Assembly (NCBI GenBank): GCA_963821525.1
Contig: CAWGED010000012.1
Location: 1 to 64,000 of the forward strand
DNA length: 64,000 nt
Direction: 5' to 3'
Source of the DNA: an uncultured Gemmatimonadales bacterium
GTDB lineage: Bacteria > Gemmatimonadota > Gemmatimonadetes > Gemmatimonadales > GWC2-71-9
Made by a program: the position numbers and the translations under genes. The stretch's first letter is position 1. Each line of letters begins with the position of its first letter. Of this stretch, positions 1 through 10,552 are shown piece by piece. A model generated the notes under the pieces. The model made no database searches, was not told the origin of the DNA, and saw only the letters and a list, made by a program, of their open reading frames with translations.

Positions 1-659
1 TGCAGGTCGCCGAGCGGCCGCCCGGACTGGTTCCAGTAAAGCACTCGGTCGCCTTACCGGTTACGCCATCGAACCCGCGGAGGGAGATATCCGACTTCGA
101 CGGATCCCAGCTTCCCCCGGTCGATGTGGAAGGAGAACCGGGTCCACCCATTCCCCGCCAGATTGCTGGAGCACGGGTTCACAAAAATACTGGGGCCGGC
201 ATTGGGTGTCTGACTCGAGGAGGCGCAGCCACTCTGGATTCCGCCGTTCTGGAAGTCGGTCGCGCGGAGCCTGAAGTCCACGCCGAAGACCACCGACCCG
301 TTGTTCTTCGTGTCCCACACCCCTGGGTTGGGCGGCAGCTGCCCGTTGCTGGTCTGGCCGGTGACACTCATGCTGCCGGTGACCATATCGATTCCGGCCG
401 GGACGTGGTAGAACCCGATGCCGTTAAAGATGCTGCCGGCATTGCTCTGGGTGCCGTAAGTCGCGGCCGTGTTCCCCGAGAGGTTCCAGACATCTACGGT
501 GACGTTGTTGCCGACCACGGTGATGCGAACCGCCGCGCAGGTGGTGAAGGTGTCGCCGCCGCATACCCGATAGCTCTTGAAGCCGTCGGCTTTGGCGACA
601 CCGGGCAGCGCCATCAACAGCGCCGCCGCCGCCAGAAAAAGCTTCCCTCGGGTTACCAT
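1..659 (-). CDS. Secreted Cys/Gly/Thr-rich protein, probable PEP-CTERM-type surface protein; frameshift near 121, runs off the window edge
   Basis: Signal peptide MVTRGKLFLAAAALLMALPGVAKA. After a frame change near 121 the reading continues TGGSWDPSKSDISLRGFDG...GRSATC to the edge. The PEP motif itself is not visible. Confidence 0.55.
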
Positions 660-685
660 GGTACACCTCAAGTGTATGTTGACTC

Positions 686-1180
686 TCACGCCGTTCCAGC
701 GTGTCTCCATCCCTTGATCCCAAGCCAACCGAACGCCAGGGGGTAACCGATCGCCTGTATCAGCGACTGCAGAATCGAGCGGTTCAGGCCGACGCGGAGC
801 ACCGGGTCCGTCACCGTTGCCGTCGCCACCCCGATGTTCCTCCCCAGCAGGATCCCCGTCATAATCACCCAGACCGCCAACGACAGCAGGAGGATTGAAA
901 CCACTCTAAGCGTCCCCCGGGCTCCCCGCGCTACGGCAGATCCAAAGACCAGCGCGAGTCCGACAGCCAGCAGTGGGAGGTGTTCAAGAGTTGTCGTCGC
1001 GGTGCCAAATTCCCATTCGGCGTTCCCGAGCAAGGTCGGATACCAAGCCAAGACCAAGTCGGCTGCGGCCACCACCGAGAAGAGCCACCCCACACCACCT
1101 AGAAGGGACCACGCCGTTTCCGGTGCGGGCGACAGTTCAGCTCGCCCCTTCCCCTCCTGAACGAGAATCTTGGCGCTCAT
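686..1180 (-). CDS. Four-TM membrane protein with WEFGT motif (HpsJ-like?)
   Basis: 164-aa hydrophobic ORF with WYP..GNAEWEFGT...LPLLAVGLALVF; paralog of the next gene. Confidence 0.7.
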   Translation of the reverse strand: MSAKILVQEGKGRAELSPAPETAWSLLGGVGWLFSVVAAADLVLAWYPTLLGNAEWEFGTATTTLEHLPLLAVGLALVFGSAVARGARGTLRVVSILLLSLAVWVIMTGILLGRNIGVATATVTDPVLRVGLNRSILQSLIQAIGYPLAFGWLGIKGWRHAGTA

Positions 1181-1221
1181 CGGAGCCCCTCACTGAGGGC
1201 CACTCGTTCACGGCCTGTACA

Positions 1222-1237
1222 AGCACCGTTCGGGCCA
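1222..1237 (-). promoter_or_regulatory. Putative sigma-54 (-24/-12) promoter
   Basis: Minus strand TGGCCCGAACGGTGCT is GG-N10-GC, about 40 nt upstream of ATG 1180, with an AT-rich tract further upstream. Confidence 0.5.
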
Positions 1238-1316
1238 TCGTTACGAGTCTGAAATATTTTGGGCATGTTGTTGGGAGGCATAGATTTACTCCAAAATCCC
1301 ACGTCCCGCTAGATGA

Positions 1317-1850
1317 TCAAAATTGAGGGCTGTTGTGGTTCTGCCACAACAACTTACGCCTGCTTGCGGTTCCGTCATCAATGGCGGCTGAGGGTCGAAG
1401 CGCCACTCCCAGGATGCCCAGCGAGAGGAATCCGACCGGGTAGATGAGGATCTGAACTGCGGTTTTTCCGACCGCCTTCTTGATCGCCGTGAGAGCAGTT
1501 GGGGAAGGGGCGGCGTTGTAGGCCTGCGGGACAACGGTGGCGTACAACCCGGCTGTCAGCCACATCAGAAGTGCAAGAAAAATACACACCAGCGCGAGGG
1601 ACCGAACCCGTCCCTTGGCCCCCGCGGCCAACCCGGCGGCCATCAGGAATTCCAGGCCCAACCCGAAAATCGGCACGTTATCGAAGAACTCGCTCGCCGT
1701 CCCAAACTCCCACTCGATGACCCCAATCCGAAGGGGAAAGAGTGGGGCAAAGAGGCTTGCTCCTCCCACGACCAGGAAAACCAGGCCGAGGACCGTGAAG
1801 ATCTGCCAGCTCAGGGTGAACTCGGTGGATTCGATCGGTTGGGAGACACG
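1317..1850 (-). CDS. Four-TM membrane protein with WEFGT motif, tandem paralog
   Basis: ORF 1317..1769 extends upstream in frame (SQPIESTEFTLSWQIFTVLGLVFL); FPLRIGVIEWEFGT...VPIFGLGL; start approximate. Confidence 0.65.
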   Translation of the reverse strand, partial: RVSQPIESTEFTLSWQIFTVLGLVFLVVGGASLFAPLFPLRIGVIEWEFGTASEFFDNVPIFGLGLEFLMAAGLAAGAKGRVRSLALVCIFLALLMWLTAGLYATVVPQAYNAAPSPTALTAIKKAVGKTAVQILIYPVGFLSLGILGVALRPSAAIDDGTASRRKLLWQNHNSPQF

Positions 1851-1867
1851 GAGGGTTCCGTCTGGGT

Positions 1868-2569
1868 TCAGTTGATAGTCACGTCTGTGTCGGCCCGCAC
1901 CTTGAGCTGCCAGGTTGATCCGGCTACGGGCACCAGAATGCCATTCCCTGACAGCGTGCCGCCCTGGGGAGCGGGCGGCGTCGGTGGACCGATCCTGTCA
2001 TCGAAAACCACGTCCGGCAGTCCGGAGCCGTCATTCACCCGAATCGCAACGTTGGTAGCAACAGTGGGGATGTCGATGATAGTGGTGCCGGCCACCCCAC
2101 CAGCGCTCCATCGAGCAGGCCACCGTCCGCGGTCGCCGCAACGTGGGTCGACGCATCACGGCGCGACGCCGAAACTGCGACGATGATCTGAGGGACCCCC
2201 TGTGCGGTAATCGTGACCTCGGAGGGTGTCGCGCCGGTCGCGACCAGGGAGTCCCCGCCCAGTCCGGTCGTATCCACCACCACCGTATAGCGACCCACGC
2301 TGACGCCGGTGAAGTTGACCTGCCCACCCGCATCGGTGACGCCGGTGGCAACCGGGATCGTTCCGCCGGGGAGACCAGATTCACCTTCACTCCTGCAAAC
2401 ACCGTGTCGGGGGCGGTGTAGATCCGTACCCATCCCGGTCGAAGAAGGCACCGGCATTGATCACGTTGATCGCACCGACTCCGTGCGACAGGGATCCCCC
2501 GGCATTATCACAGCCCAGGCTCAGGCCCGCAGCGAGACAGCCGAGCGCGAGAGCACGCAGCGCGGTCAT
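1868..2569 (-). CDS. Lipoprotein with SdrD-B/prealbumin-like beta domain (frameshifted)
   Basis: Lipobox LSLGC, then FFDRDG, VATGVTDAGGQVNFTGVSVGRYTVVVD, split over ORFs 2387..2713, 2031..2402, 2035..2457 and 1868..2095. Confidence 0.6.
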
Positions 2570-2573
2570 GGAA

Positions 2574-5500
2574 TCAGTACCCCAGCCGAAGCCCGATCCG
2601 TACCACGCGGCCCTCACCGCGGCGGATGAGCAATGTTCCGAAGTGCGGATTGACGACGAGCGGTAGCACCACGTTCCCCTGCGCATCGGTGGTGATGCTG
2701 CCGCTCGGATCAATCAGCAGGAGCGCACGGTCAACCAGGCCCGTCTCCGTGGCGACCAGGTTGAAGGCATCGAGAGTCACCTCGAGGTTGCCCGAGGAAC
2801 CCATGGGAATCCCCAGACTGGCACTCAGGTCCAGCGCATGATTCGAGGCCTCGCGGCAGACGTTGCGCTCCAGTAGTCCGGCCTGGCCCTGGAGGCAGGC
2901 ATTATCGGAGACCACACTCGACATCCCCGGAGTATTGAGATCCAGGTAAGCCGGATCGTTACGGCCCGACCCATCGCCGTTGGCATCTACGCCGGCGCGG
3001 AAGCCTGGGGTAAAGGGCAAGCCAGACCGGAAGCGATAACGGAGGCCGAGCCCAATGGGATACTTCCCGGCGGTCCGGTAGGCGGCAGAGACCCGCGCCC
3101 GGTGAGGAATGTCGAAATCCGAGCGTCCCCGAATCCACTCGCTGCCCACCGGATCATTGGGGAAGGGACTCAGTTGGTCCGCGGGGTCTCCGGTAGCGGG
3201 CGCCGATTCCCAGTTGTCGGTCGTGTGGGAATAAGTATATGAGCCGGCGAAGGAGAGCCCGGTGAGGGGGCGCCGCGCGATTTCCAACCCGGCCTCGTAG
3301 TAGTCGGAGAATCCGGTCGGCGCCATCTCACTGACCATATCGAAGGTACCGAACCGCCGGTTGCTGCCGGGAGCGGCCGTGATCATGCCGCCCTGCTGCA
3401 CCAGGGTGCCGTAGATCGGCCGCCCTTCGGAGGTCAACGCCAGCGGCGCATTCGGAAGGTTGATATCGCTGCGCCGGAGCAGGTAGTCGGTGTGGTGGTA
3501 CCCGCCGCTCAGGCTGATGGCCACCCCGGAACTCAGGGTACGCGTCACGGCGCCGTCCAGCTTGGTGGCGCGAGGCGCCTCGTAGCGGTTGTCGATGAAG
3601 GTGATCCGGTCTCCCACAAACGGAGCGGTCCCAACCGTGTCGGGATTGACCGGCCACGAGCTGAAGGTGCCCTGGCCGCGGCGTACCCGGAGACCGCCGT
3701 CCGCCACAACGGCTTCACTCAGGGTGGCCGGGTCAAGTTGTCCGTAGCTGAGCGATCCACCAGCCCGGACAATCCATTCCTGTTTGTTATCAACGTCCCA
3801 CACCAGGCCGAAGCGGGGCTCGAGGTTGTCGCCATCGTTGGGGATGAACTGGTTCTGCCGGTTGAATGCGTTCTGGAACGCGTTATTTGGGTTGATCGGG
3901 TTGTCGCTGGACTTGGTGGGAAGTTCTGCCGGCTCCACCCGATGCCTATGGTGACGACGATGCCACGATCCACCGTCCAGGCGTCCTGGCCAAACAGCCC
4001 CCAATCCGTCGTCCGAAAGTCGGCGACATCGGAGGAGGAGACCGTCTGGATGTAGGTGCCCTCCGCGTTCCCGAACTGGTCCAGATCGCCGAACTGGAAA
4101 ATCCCGTCTCGCCCGTAGGTGTAGGATTGGGTCCAGGAGGTCGAGGAGAATTGAAATCCGGCCTTGAAGACGTGGTTCCGGGCCAGCCGCATGTGGAAGG
4201 TCTCGGTGATGTCAAACGCATTGGCCTTGAAGGTGGCCGGCGTAGCTGGCGCGGAACCGATTCCCGCGGCCTCACCGATGAAATAGGTGGTCGGGAGGCT
4301 CGGCCCGGCCCATTCGCGATTGGTGGTGCGATGGGCGAAGCGAAACTCGTTGCCGCTGTTGAGCCACATCGAGGTCAGCGTCAGCCCGCCGGAAAAATCG
4401 CGAGCGTCGAGATCGGTGCCGAAATTGGTGAGGACATCCTGACCCAGGATGGGATCATCTTCCTTCCATTTCGCTATCGAGAAGCGAGCCATCAGATTGT
4501 GGGTCTTGGTAGGCGACTTGGACAGCTGCCAATCCACACGAGCACCGCCAGAGCCACCCTTCCAGGTCCGCAGGGTTGGCTGGGTGAAGTTGTCGACCGT
4601 TTGCCCGAAGCTGTCATTGGCAATCCGGGCGATGCTGCTGCTGAGGGAAACCGGCGCCCCACCAAAGCTCGCGCTATCCTCAGCCCAGGGGGCGGAGGAC
4701 GGCTGCTCCAGGTCCTGATAGTCGAAGCCGGCGACGAACTGTGCCGAGTTCTTGATGAGGGCACCGCTCACGACTGCTCCGGCCTGGATCGACGTGACGG
4801 AGGAATCGGCTGGGTTGTCTTCAGTCGCGAGTGCCTGTTTCCCGCTGAAAGTGACGTAGGGTTGGAAGCGGAAAGTATTGCTTCCTCGCCGGCTGTAACC
4901 GCTCAGAATGGTTCCCGGCCCGCCACGCCATTCGCCGTCGAAACTGTTCTCGATGACCTGAGCCTGCTCGAACATGCTCCGGAGGTACACCGGGCTGCCG
5001 GCCGGTTCGGTGGGCAGGCCAGGGTGGCGGAGCCAAAAGCCAGGGAGGCCGTCTACGGACAGCTTGCTCTGTGACTGTGGGAGGCCTCCGGCCATCTGTG
5101 CGTAGCCCCAATGTCCATCACGGGGCGCTGATACGATCGACGACCCGCGGCTCAAGTCGCTCAGGTCACTGCGCCACGCCGAGGTCTTCAATTCCCGATC
5201 GTTGAAATACTGCCCAATCGAGGTCCCGGTGGGCGGCTCTCCCCGCTCGGGATAGGGGATTTCCTCGATGCTCGTGATCGGGGGCGGACGCCGAGTGAGG
5301 GCGATCCGCAACTCGGTTGTGCGCCCGGCGAAGACCCGTACGCCGTTCTGACGAACCGGCTGGTATCCCGCCAGTTCCACGAGCACCGAATAGGTGCCCG
5401 GCGCGATGAGATGGAGGTTGAACCGGCCGAGGTAGTCCGCTTTGAAGGAAATCCGGGAGCCGGTGGACTGGCTGAGCAAAGTCACTTGCGGCTTCCCGAT

Positions 5501-5647
5501 GGGCGCACCTTGTGGGGAAACCACCTCACCGATGACGCGTCCTTCGGTGATACTCTGAGCGTGGATAAGGCCCGGAACGGTCCACGCTAGTGCGAGGACT
5601 GCGGCCACCATATGCGTACGGGCACGCAATCCCGCGGATTGGGCCAT
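2574..5647 (-). CDS. TonB-dependent receptor with N-terminal carboxypeptidase-regulatory-like domain (frameshift near 3930)
   Basis: N-terminal G.V..PQG.PI...GRF.....PGTYSVLVELAGY; barrel motifs FGQDAW, NLEPRFG, RSDFDIPHR; C-terminal IGLRLGY. Confidence 0.85.
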
Positions 5648-5697
5648 GAACTGTCCAGATAGGGGGAGAGTGCGGACTACTAGGTGTTGATGGATAG

Positions 5698-5713
5698 TGC
5701 AGTTATGATGCCA
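5698..5713 (-). promoter_or_regulatory. Putative sigma-54 promoter of the TonB-dependent receptor operon
   Basis: Minus strand TGGCATCATAACTGCA matches TGGCAY-N-TGCA with exact GG-N10-GC spacing, 50 nt upstream of ATG 5647. Confidence 0.6.
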
Positions 5714-5747
5714 ACCGCGCAAGACGGATAATCCTTTGAGGAAGGGT

Positions 5748-6977
5748 GTGACCCGACAAACAAAAGCGGGCTTGATCTGCACCGCGCTCGCTTTCTGTCT
5801 CATCGGCTATTTCACGCTACGGCCGGTGCCGGAGCAAGCTGCCGCGGTTGCCGAAACCTCACCCTGGTGCATCGTCAGGTGCGGTGATCTTGGGCTGCTC
5901 GACATCATCCTCAACATTCTGCTTTTTCTTCCGCTCGGCATCGGCCTCGGGCTGTTGCGGGGGACCCGCGCCGCGGTGGCGATCGGGTTCTTGTACAGTA
6001 TCGCCATCGAACTGACCCAGCTTTTTCTGATAGCAGGCCGTGATGCGAGCCTGCGCGATGTGATCACCAACACACTCGGTAGCGGACTCGGCGCCTCGCT
6101 GGTGGCACTTTGGCGCCCGATTCTGCTGTGCCAGGCCTACACTGCCCGCCGCCTCGCGACGATCGCCGGTCTCGGTTGGCTAGTCGTTCTCGCCGGAACC
6201 GGTTTTGCCGCTCAACCATCCCTCCTTCAGTCCACCTGGTACGGACAGTGGGCACCGGAGCTGGGGCAATTCGACACCTTCCCGGGAACCGTCAGAGACG
6301 TCCATCTCGACAAGATCTTTCTCCCCTCTGGAATACTGGCCAACGGCAGCGAGATCCGGGACACGCTTCTCACCCAACGGTACCGACTGCAGGCTTCGGC
6401 AGTGGTAGAGGGATCCACCGAACACGAAGCGCCGATTTTCTCGATCTTTGACGATCAGCAGCAGGAAATTCTCGTGTTGGCGCAGGCGGGTCACACCATT
6501 CATTTCAGAACCCGGACGCGCGCCGCCGACCTGGAGGTCCGAAGTCCGACAGTCCGCGTGGAGGGATTCCCGACCGAGCCTGGCACTCCGGTCGAGATCA
6601 CCATTCTTCGGGATGGGCCGAGCCTTTCGCTTTCGATCGACAATTCACAGGGTCAGGAACGATGGACCAGCCGAACGACCGTTGGATCGGGTTGGGCCAT
6701 GCTCCTGCCGTGGGAGTATGCCTCCGGACCCGAGGCCTCACTCGGCTCCTTACTGTGGCTTGGCGGTATGCTGATACCTGCCGGCTACTGGTCAGGACGC
6801 TGCGGCGCAGGTCGGGCAATGCCGCTGGTTCTGCTCGCCATGATCGCGGCGGGGCTGATTCTGGTCCCAAGCTGGTTCGGAATGGCCGCCTCCCCCTGGT
6901 CGGAATGGGTGGGAAGCATTGCCGGTGCGGCCACCGGCTGGTTCGCCGGGCGCGCGACACCGAGCAACGCCTCATGA
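5748..6977 (+). CDS. VanZ family membrane protein with C-terminal extension
   Basis: DIILNILLFLPLG, IELTQLFLIAGRDASLRDVITNTLG (VanZ motifs). Confidence 0.8.
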   Translation: MTRQTKAGLICTALAFCLIGYFTLRPVPEQAAAVAETSPWCIVRCGDLGLLDIILNILLFLPLGIGLGLLRGTRAAVAIGFLYSIAIELTQLFLIAGRDASLRDVITNTLGSGLGASLVALWRPILLCQAYTARRLATIAGLGWLVVLAGTGFAAQPSLLQSTWYGQWAPELGQFDTFPGTVRDVHLDKIFLPSGILANGSEIRDTLLTQRYRLQASAVVEGSTEHEAPIFSIFDDQQQEILVLAQAGHTIHFRTRTRAADLEVRSPTVRVEGFPTEPGTPVEITILRDGPSLSLSIDNSQGQERWTSRTTVGSGWAMLLPWEYASGPEASLGSLLWLGGMLIPAGYWSGRCGAGRAMPLVLLAMIAAGLILVPSWFGMAASPWSEWVGSIAGAATGWFAGRATPSNAS

Positions 6978-7009
6978 TAGGATTGGCGGTTGAATAAGAC
7001 CTCCGGCGT

Positions 7010-7078
7010 GAGCCCCGAAGGGGCTCCGCACCGTAGTCAGGGTGACCGCCGATGCGCAGCGCCCCGAAGGGGCGCTGC
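7010..7078 (+). repeat. Two REP-like hairpins upstream of tnpA
   Basis: GAGCCCC-GAA-GGGGCTC (7010-7026) and GCAGCGCCCC-GAA-GGGGCGCTGC (7056-7078). Confidence 0.85.
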
Positions 7079-7132
7079 AACGATTCGTCCCAAGATTGAG
7101 GATCGGTTGATCCGTCGCCACCATCGTGAATC

Positions 7133-7579
7133 GTGGCCGGGACATATACCAGACTCAATTTTCACATCGTATTCTCCACCTGGAGGCGGCAGCGAATCAT
7201 CGCGCCCACGTGGCGTCCCAATCTCCACGCATTCCTTGGTGGAGCACTTCGCACGCTGGACGCCGTCGGTCTGGCCGTTGGCGGCCCCGAGGACCACGTG
7301 CACATCCTGGCCGGCCTCAAGCCGGTTCATCGACTATCTGACATCGTTCGGGACATCAAGCACGCCTCCTGCCAATGGGTTCACGAGCAGATCGGGGTTC
7401 CGCACTTCCGGTGGCAGGAGGGATACGGAGCATTCACGGTCGGCTATCGAGAAGTCGAAGGTGTGACCAGATACATCCGCGCTCAGGAGGCCCACCACCA
7501 AAGGATCGACTTCCAGAGCGAATATCTCCGCATGCTTCAGGCAAACAGCGTCGATTACCGCCGAGAATTCGTCTTTTGA
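7133..7579 (+). mobile_element. tnpA: IS200/IS605-family Y1 transposase, RAYT-like, no tnpB
   Basis: HIVFST, HUH motif DHVHIL, WQEGYGAFTV, catalytic YIRAQEAHH. Confidence 0.9.
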
Positions 7580-7586
7580 CTGTCCA

Positions 7587-7654
7587 GCGCCCCTTCGGGG
7601 CGCCGTGGTCGCGGGGCAACTTCAGCTAGAGTTCAGCGCCCCTTCGGGGCGCTG
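7587..7654 (-). repeat. Two REP-like hairpins downstream of tnpA, inverted relative to the upstream pair
   Basis: GCGCCCC-TTC-GGGGCGC (7587-7603) and CAGCGCCCC-TTC-GGGGCGCTG (7634-7654). Confidence 0.85.
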
Positions 7655-7713
7655 CAATCCAATTGCGAGGTCGAAGCGATTCCCGAGGTCTTTCAAGAGC
7701 GTAGATTCCCTCC

Positions 7714-8919
7714 ATGGCTCTCCCCTTCAGGCAACGCATTCTCCTGGCCCTCGTGCTCGTGGGCGTGATCCCGACGTCGATCGCACTGATCGGTTGGGTG
7801 CTGGCGGTGCGGGGGAACAATCCGGCCACCGCAACCCGGGCGGCCGTGGAGCAGTTGAGCGTCACCGGCAGGGACCTGGCTCAGACGGTGGATTCAACCC
7901 GGCTTAGTCCAGCCGAGCGAAAGGCGCTTTCCTCCCACCTCCGGGAGCTCAATCGCACATTGAGCCGGATGCAGCGGGCCGAGGCTTACGCCCGGTATTA
8001 CTACGCCGGTCTCACTGCCGCGGTACTCGCTCTGGGCCTGCTGGTGCTCTACCTCTCGGTGCGGGTGGGCGGCTACCTCTCCCGGCAATTGAGCCGGCCG
8101 ATCGACGAGCTGGTCGGATGGACGGGCCACATTCTTCGAGAAGAGACGCTGCCTCCGGACGAGCCACAGCGGGGTGCACCCGAATTCGCAGCCCTCCGCC
8201 GCGCGCTCAGGGAAATGGCCGCGGGGCTGGCCCAGGCGCGCGCCCGGCAAGTCGAGGCGGCGCGGCTACGCACGTTCCGCGAGGTCGCGCGACAGGTGGC
8301 GCACGAGATGAAGAACCCACTCACGCCGATCCGGTTCGCGGTGGCCCAGCTCTCCCGCTCAGCGACGGCGGGACAAAGGGAGCCTCTGGAAGTCCTGACT
8401 GCGGAGGCGGGAAGACTCGAGGCGCTGGCGCGGGAATTCACCGAGTTCGGCCGATTGCCCGAAGGTCCCGCCGCCGAGGTTGATCTCGGTGAACTGCTCG
8501 CCGAGCTGGGACAGACCAGTCTGCCGCCGGGGATGGAATCGAAGCTGAGCGTGCAGCTCTCCACCCCTCGGATCGTGGGGCACTACGAACCCCTCCGGCG
8601 AGCCTTCAGCAATCTGCTTCGCAATGCGGCCGAGGCATGTGGAGGCACCGGCACGGTCGAGCTGGAGGTCGGACCACTCAACGCGAGCGGCGCACGGGTG
8701 GTGATGCGGGACCATGGTCCCGGCGTCCCGTCGGAAATCCGGGACCGGCTCTTCGATCCGTACGTCACGGCGAAAGCCGGCGGCACCGGTCTGGGCCTGG
8801 CGCTGGTCCGCCAGACGATCGAGGACCACGGCGGCACCATCAGACTGGAAGACACACCGGGTGGGGGGGCGACGTTTGTGGTGGAGCTGGCTGGCCAGAG
8901 GAAAAACGTGAGACAGTGA
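7714..8919 (+). CDS. Sensor histidine kinase, NtrY-like (HAMP, HisKA, HATPase)
   Basis: Two TM segments; VAHEMKNPLTP, NLLRNA, DHGPG, GTGLGL. Confidence 0.92.
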   Translation: MALPFRQRILLALVLVGVIPTSIALIGWVLAVRGNNPATATRAAVEQLSVTGRDLAQTVDSTRLSPAERKALSSHLRELNRTLSRMQRAEAYARYYYAGLTAAVLALGLLVLYLSVRVGGYLSRQLSRPIDELVGWTGHILREETLPPDEPQRGAPEFAALRRALREMAAGLAQARARQVEAARLRTFREVARQVAHEMKNPLTPIRFAVAQLSRSATAGQREPLEVLTAEAGRLEALAREFTEFGRLPEGPAAEVDLGELLAELGQTSLPPGMESKLSVQLSTPRIVGHYEPLRRAFSNLLRNAAEACGGTGTVELEVGPLNASGARVVMRDHGPGVPSEIRDRLFDPYVTAKAGGTGLGLALVRQTIEDHGGTIRLEDTPGGGATFVVELAGQRKNVRQ

Positions 8920-9010
8920 GACGTGAGAGGTGAGAGGTGGGGACGCACGCTCCTCGCTCTTAAGACCTCACTCCCTTTCTGTTCCCTGCTAACCGCTTAC
9001 CGCTCACCAC
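8908..9010. repeat. Inverted pair of heptamer tandem tracts
   Basis: (NGTGAGA)n then (GCTHACC)n; the kinase stop codon lies in the left arm. Confidence 0.7.
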
Positions 9011-9038
9011 TTGCCGCCGACTATCTTCCCTTCCACCT

Positions 9039-10466
9039 ATGTCCCATCGCATTCTGATCGTCGACGACGAGGCCAACATCCGGCGGATGCTGGGGGCGCT
9101 GCTTCGTTCCGAAGGATTCACGGTGGAAGAGGCGGGAAACGGCCATGCGGCGTTGCTCGGCGTGGAACGGGCCGAGCCGGACGTGATGTTTCTCGATCTG
9201 ATGATGCCACCGGGCCCGGATGGACTCGAGACGCTCCGGAGCCTCCGGGAACGCCGGATCGAAGTGCCAGTCATCATGATGAGCGGCAAAGCCCAGCTCG
9301 CGGATGCCGTACGGGCGACACAACTCGGCGCCTTCCAGTTTCTGGAGAAGCCGCTCAGCCCCGAAGCAGTCCTCGTCACCCTGCGTTCGGCGATCGAGCT
9401 GGGGCGGGCGCGCACGCAGAATCGTGCCCTGCAGGAGGCATTGGGCCAGCGGCAGGAGATGGTCGGCTCCACCCCGGCTATTGCCCAGGTCCGGCAGCTC
9501 ATCTCCCAGGTTGCGACCACCGATGCCCGGGTGCTCATCACTGGAGAATCGGGCACCGGCAAGGAGTTGGTCGCGGCAGCGATCCACCGGGCGAGTCGCC
9601 GATCTCGAGGGCCATTCGTGACAGTCAACTGCGCGGCGATTCCGCGGGAACTGGTGGAATCGGAGATGTTCGGCCACGAGCGTGGCGCTTTTACCGGAGC
9701 GCACGAACGCCGGCTGGGCCGGTTCGAGCTGGCAGACAGCGGAACCCTGTTCCTTGACGAGGTAGGCGACCTGAATCTCGAGGCCCAGGCCAAGCTACTC
9801 CGGACCCTGGAGACTGGCGTCCTTCAGCGGCTGGGCGCCGAGCAGCCGACCGCAGTTGATGTTCGGGTCGTATCCGCGACCAATCGCAAGCTGGATCGCA
9901 GCGAGGCCGGCGGCAGCTTCCGGGAGGACCTCTATTTCCGGCTCAACATCTTCCCCATTCACCTGCCGCCGCTCCGCGAACGGCTGGATGACCTTCCTGG
10001 CCTGGTCGCTCACCTTGCGGGACGGGTTCGGCCCGGGAAGCCACAAACATTCACCCCGGTGGCACTCGCGACGTTACGGAGCTATCGCTGGCCGGGAAAC
10101 ATCCGGGAACTGGCCAACGTGGTAGAGCGGCTCGCGATTCTGGGTGGCGAAGTGGTGGACGAGCATGCCGTAGGACGAGTCCTCCCCCTGGGAGGAGCAG
10201 CCGGCGATGCGATGCGCGCCGGAGACAACACCCGTGCCTCCGCAGCCGGCCAGCCCGAGGTTCCGGCCAGTGCGGCTGAATTCGACGGTGGTCTCCCCCT
10301 GGCCGAAGCGCTCGATGCCCATGAACGACAACTGATTGGTGCGGCCCTCTCGCGCGCAGGAGGCAACGTGGCGGAAACCGCTCGGATGCTTCAGACCGAC
10401 CGCGCGAACCTGTATCGCCGCATGAAACGGCTGGGCCTCATTTCCAAAGAAGTGGGCGGAGAGTGA
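9039..10466 (+). CDS. Sigma-54-dependent response regulator, NtrX/NtrC-like
   Basis: REC domain, GESGTGKE, GAFTGA, FLDEVG, Fis-type HTH. Confidence 0.93.
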   Translation: MSHRILIVDDEANIRRMLGALLRSEGFTVEEAGNGHAALLGVERAEPDVMFLDLMMPPGPDGLETLRSLRERRIEVPVIMMSGKAQLADAVRATQLGAFQFLEKPLSPEAVLVTLRSAIELGRARTQNRALQEALGQRQEMVGSTPAIAQVRQLISQVATTDARVLITGESGTGKELVAAAIHRASRRSRGPFVTVNCAAIPRELVESEMFGHERGAFTGAHERRLGRFELADSGTLFLDEVGDLNLEAQAKLLRTLETGVLQRLGAEQPTAVDVRVVSATNRKLDRSEAGGSFREDLYFRLNIFPIHLPPLRERLDDLPGLVAHLAGRVRPGKPQTFTPVALATLRSYRWPGNIRELANVVERLAILGGEVVDEHAVGRVLPLGGAAGDAMRAGDNTRASAAGQPEVPASAAEFDGGLPLAEALDAHERQLIGAALSRAGGNVAETARMLQTDRANLYRRMKRLGLISKEVGGE

Positions 10467-10544
10467 GGGTACTGAGTACCGAGTATCGGGTACCGAGTAC
10501 CGAGTACCGACCTCCGAGTTCCGAGTTCCGAGTTCCGAGTTCGG
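10461..10544 (+). repeat. Heptamer tandem tract
   Basis: (CCGAGTA)n followed by (CCGAGTT)x4. Confidence 0.8.
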
Positions 10545-10552
10545 CGAGGACA

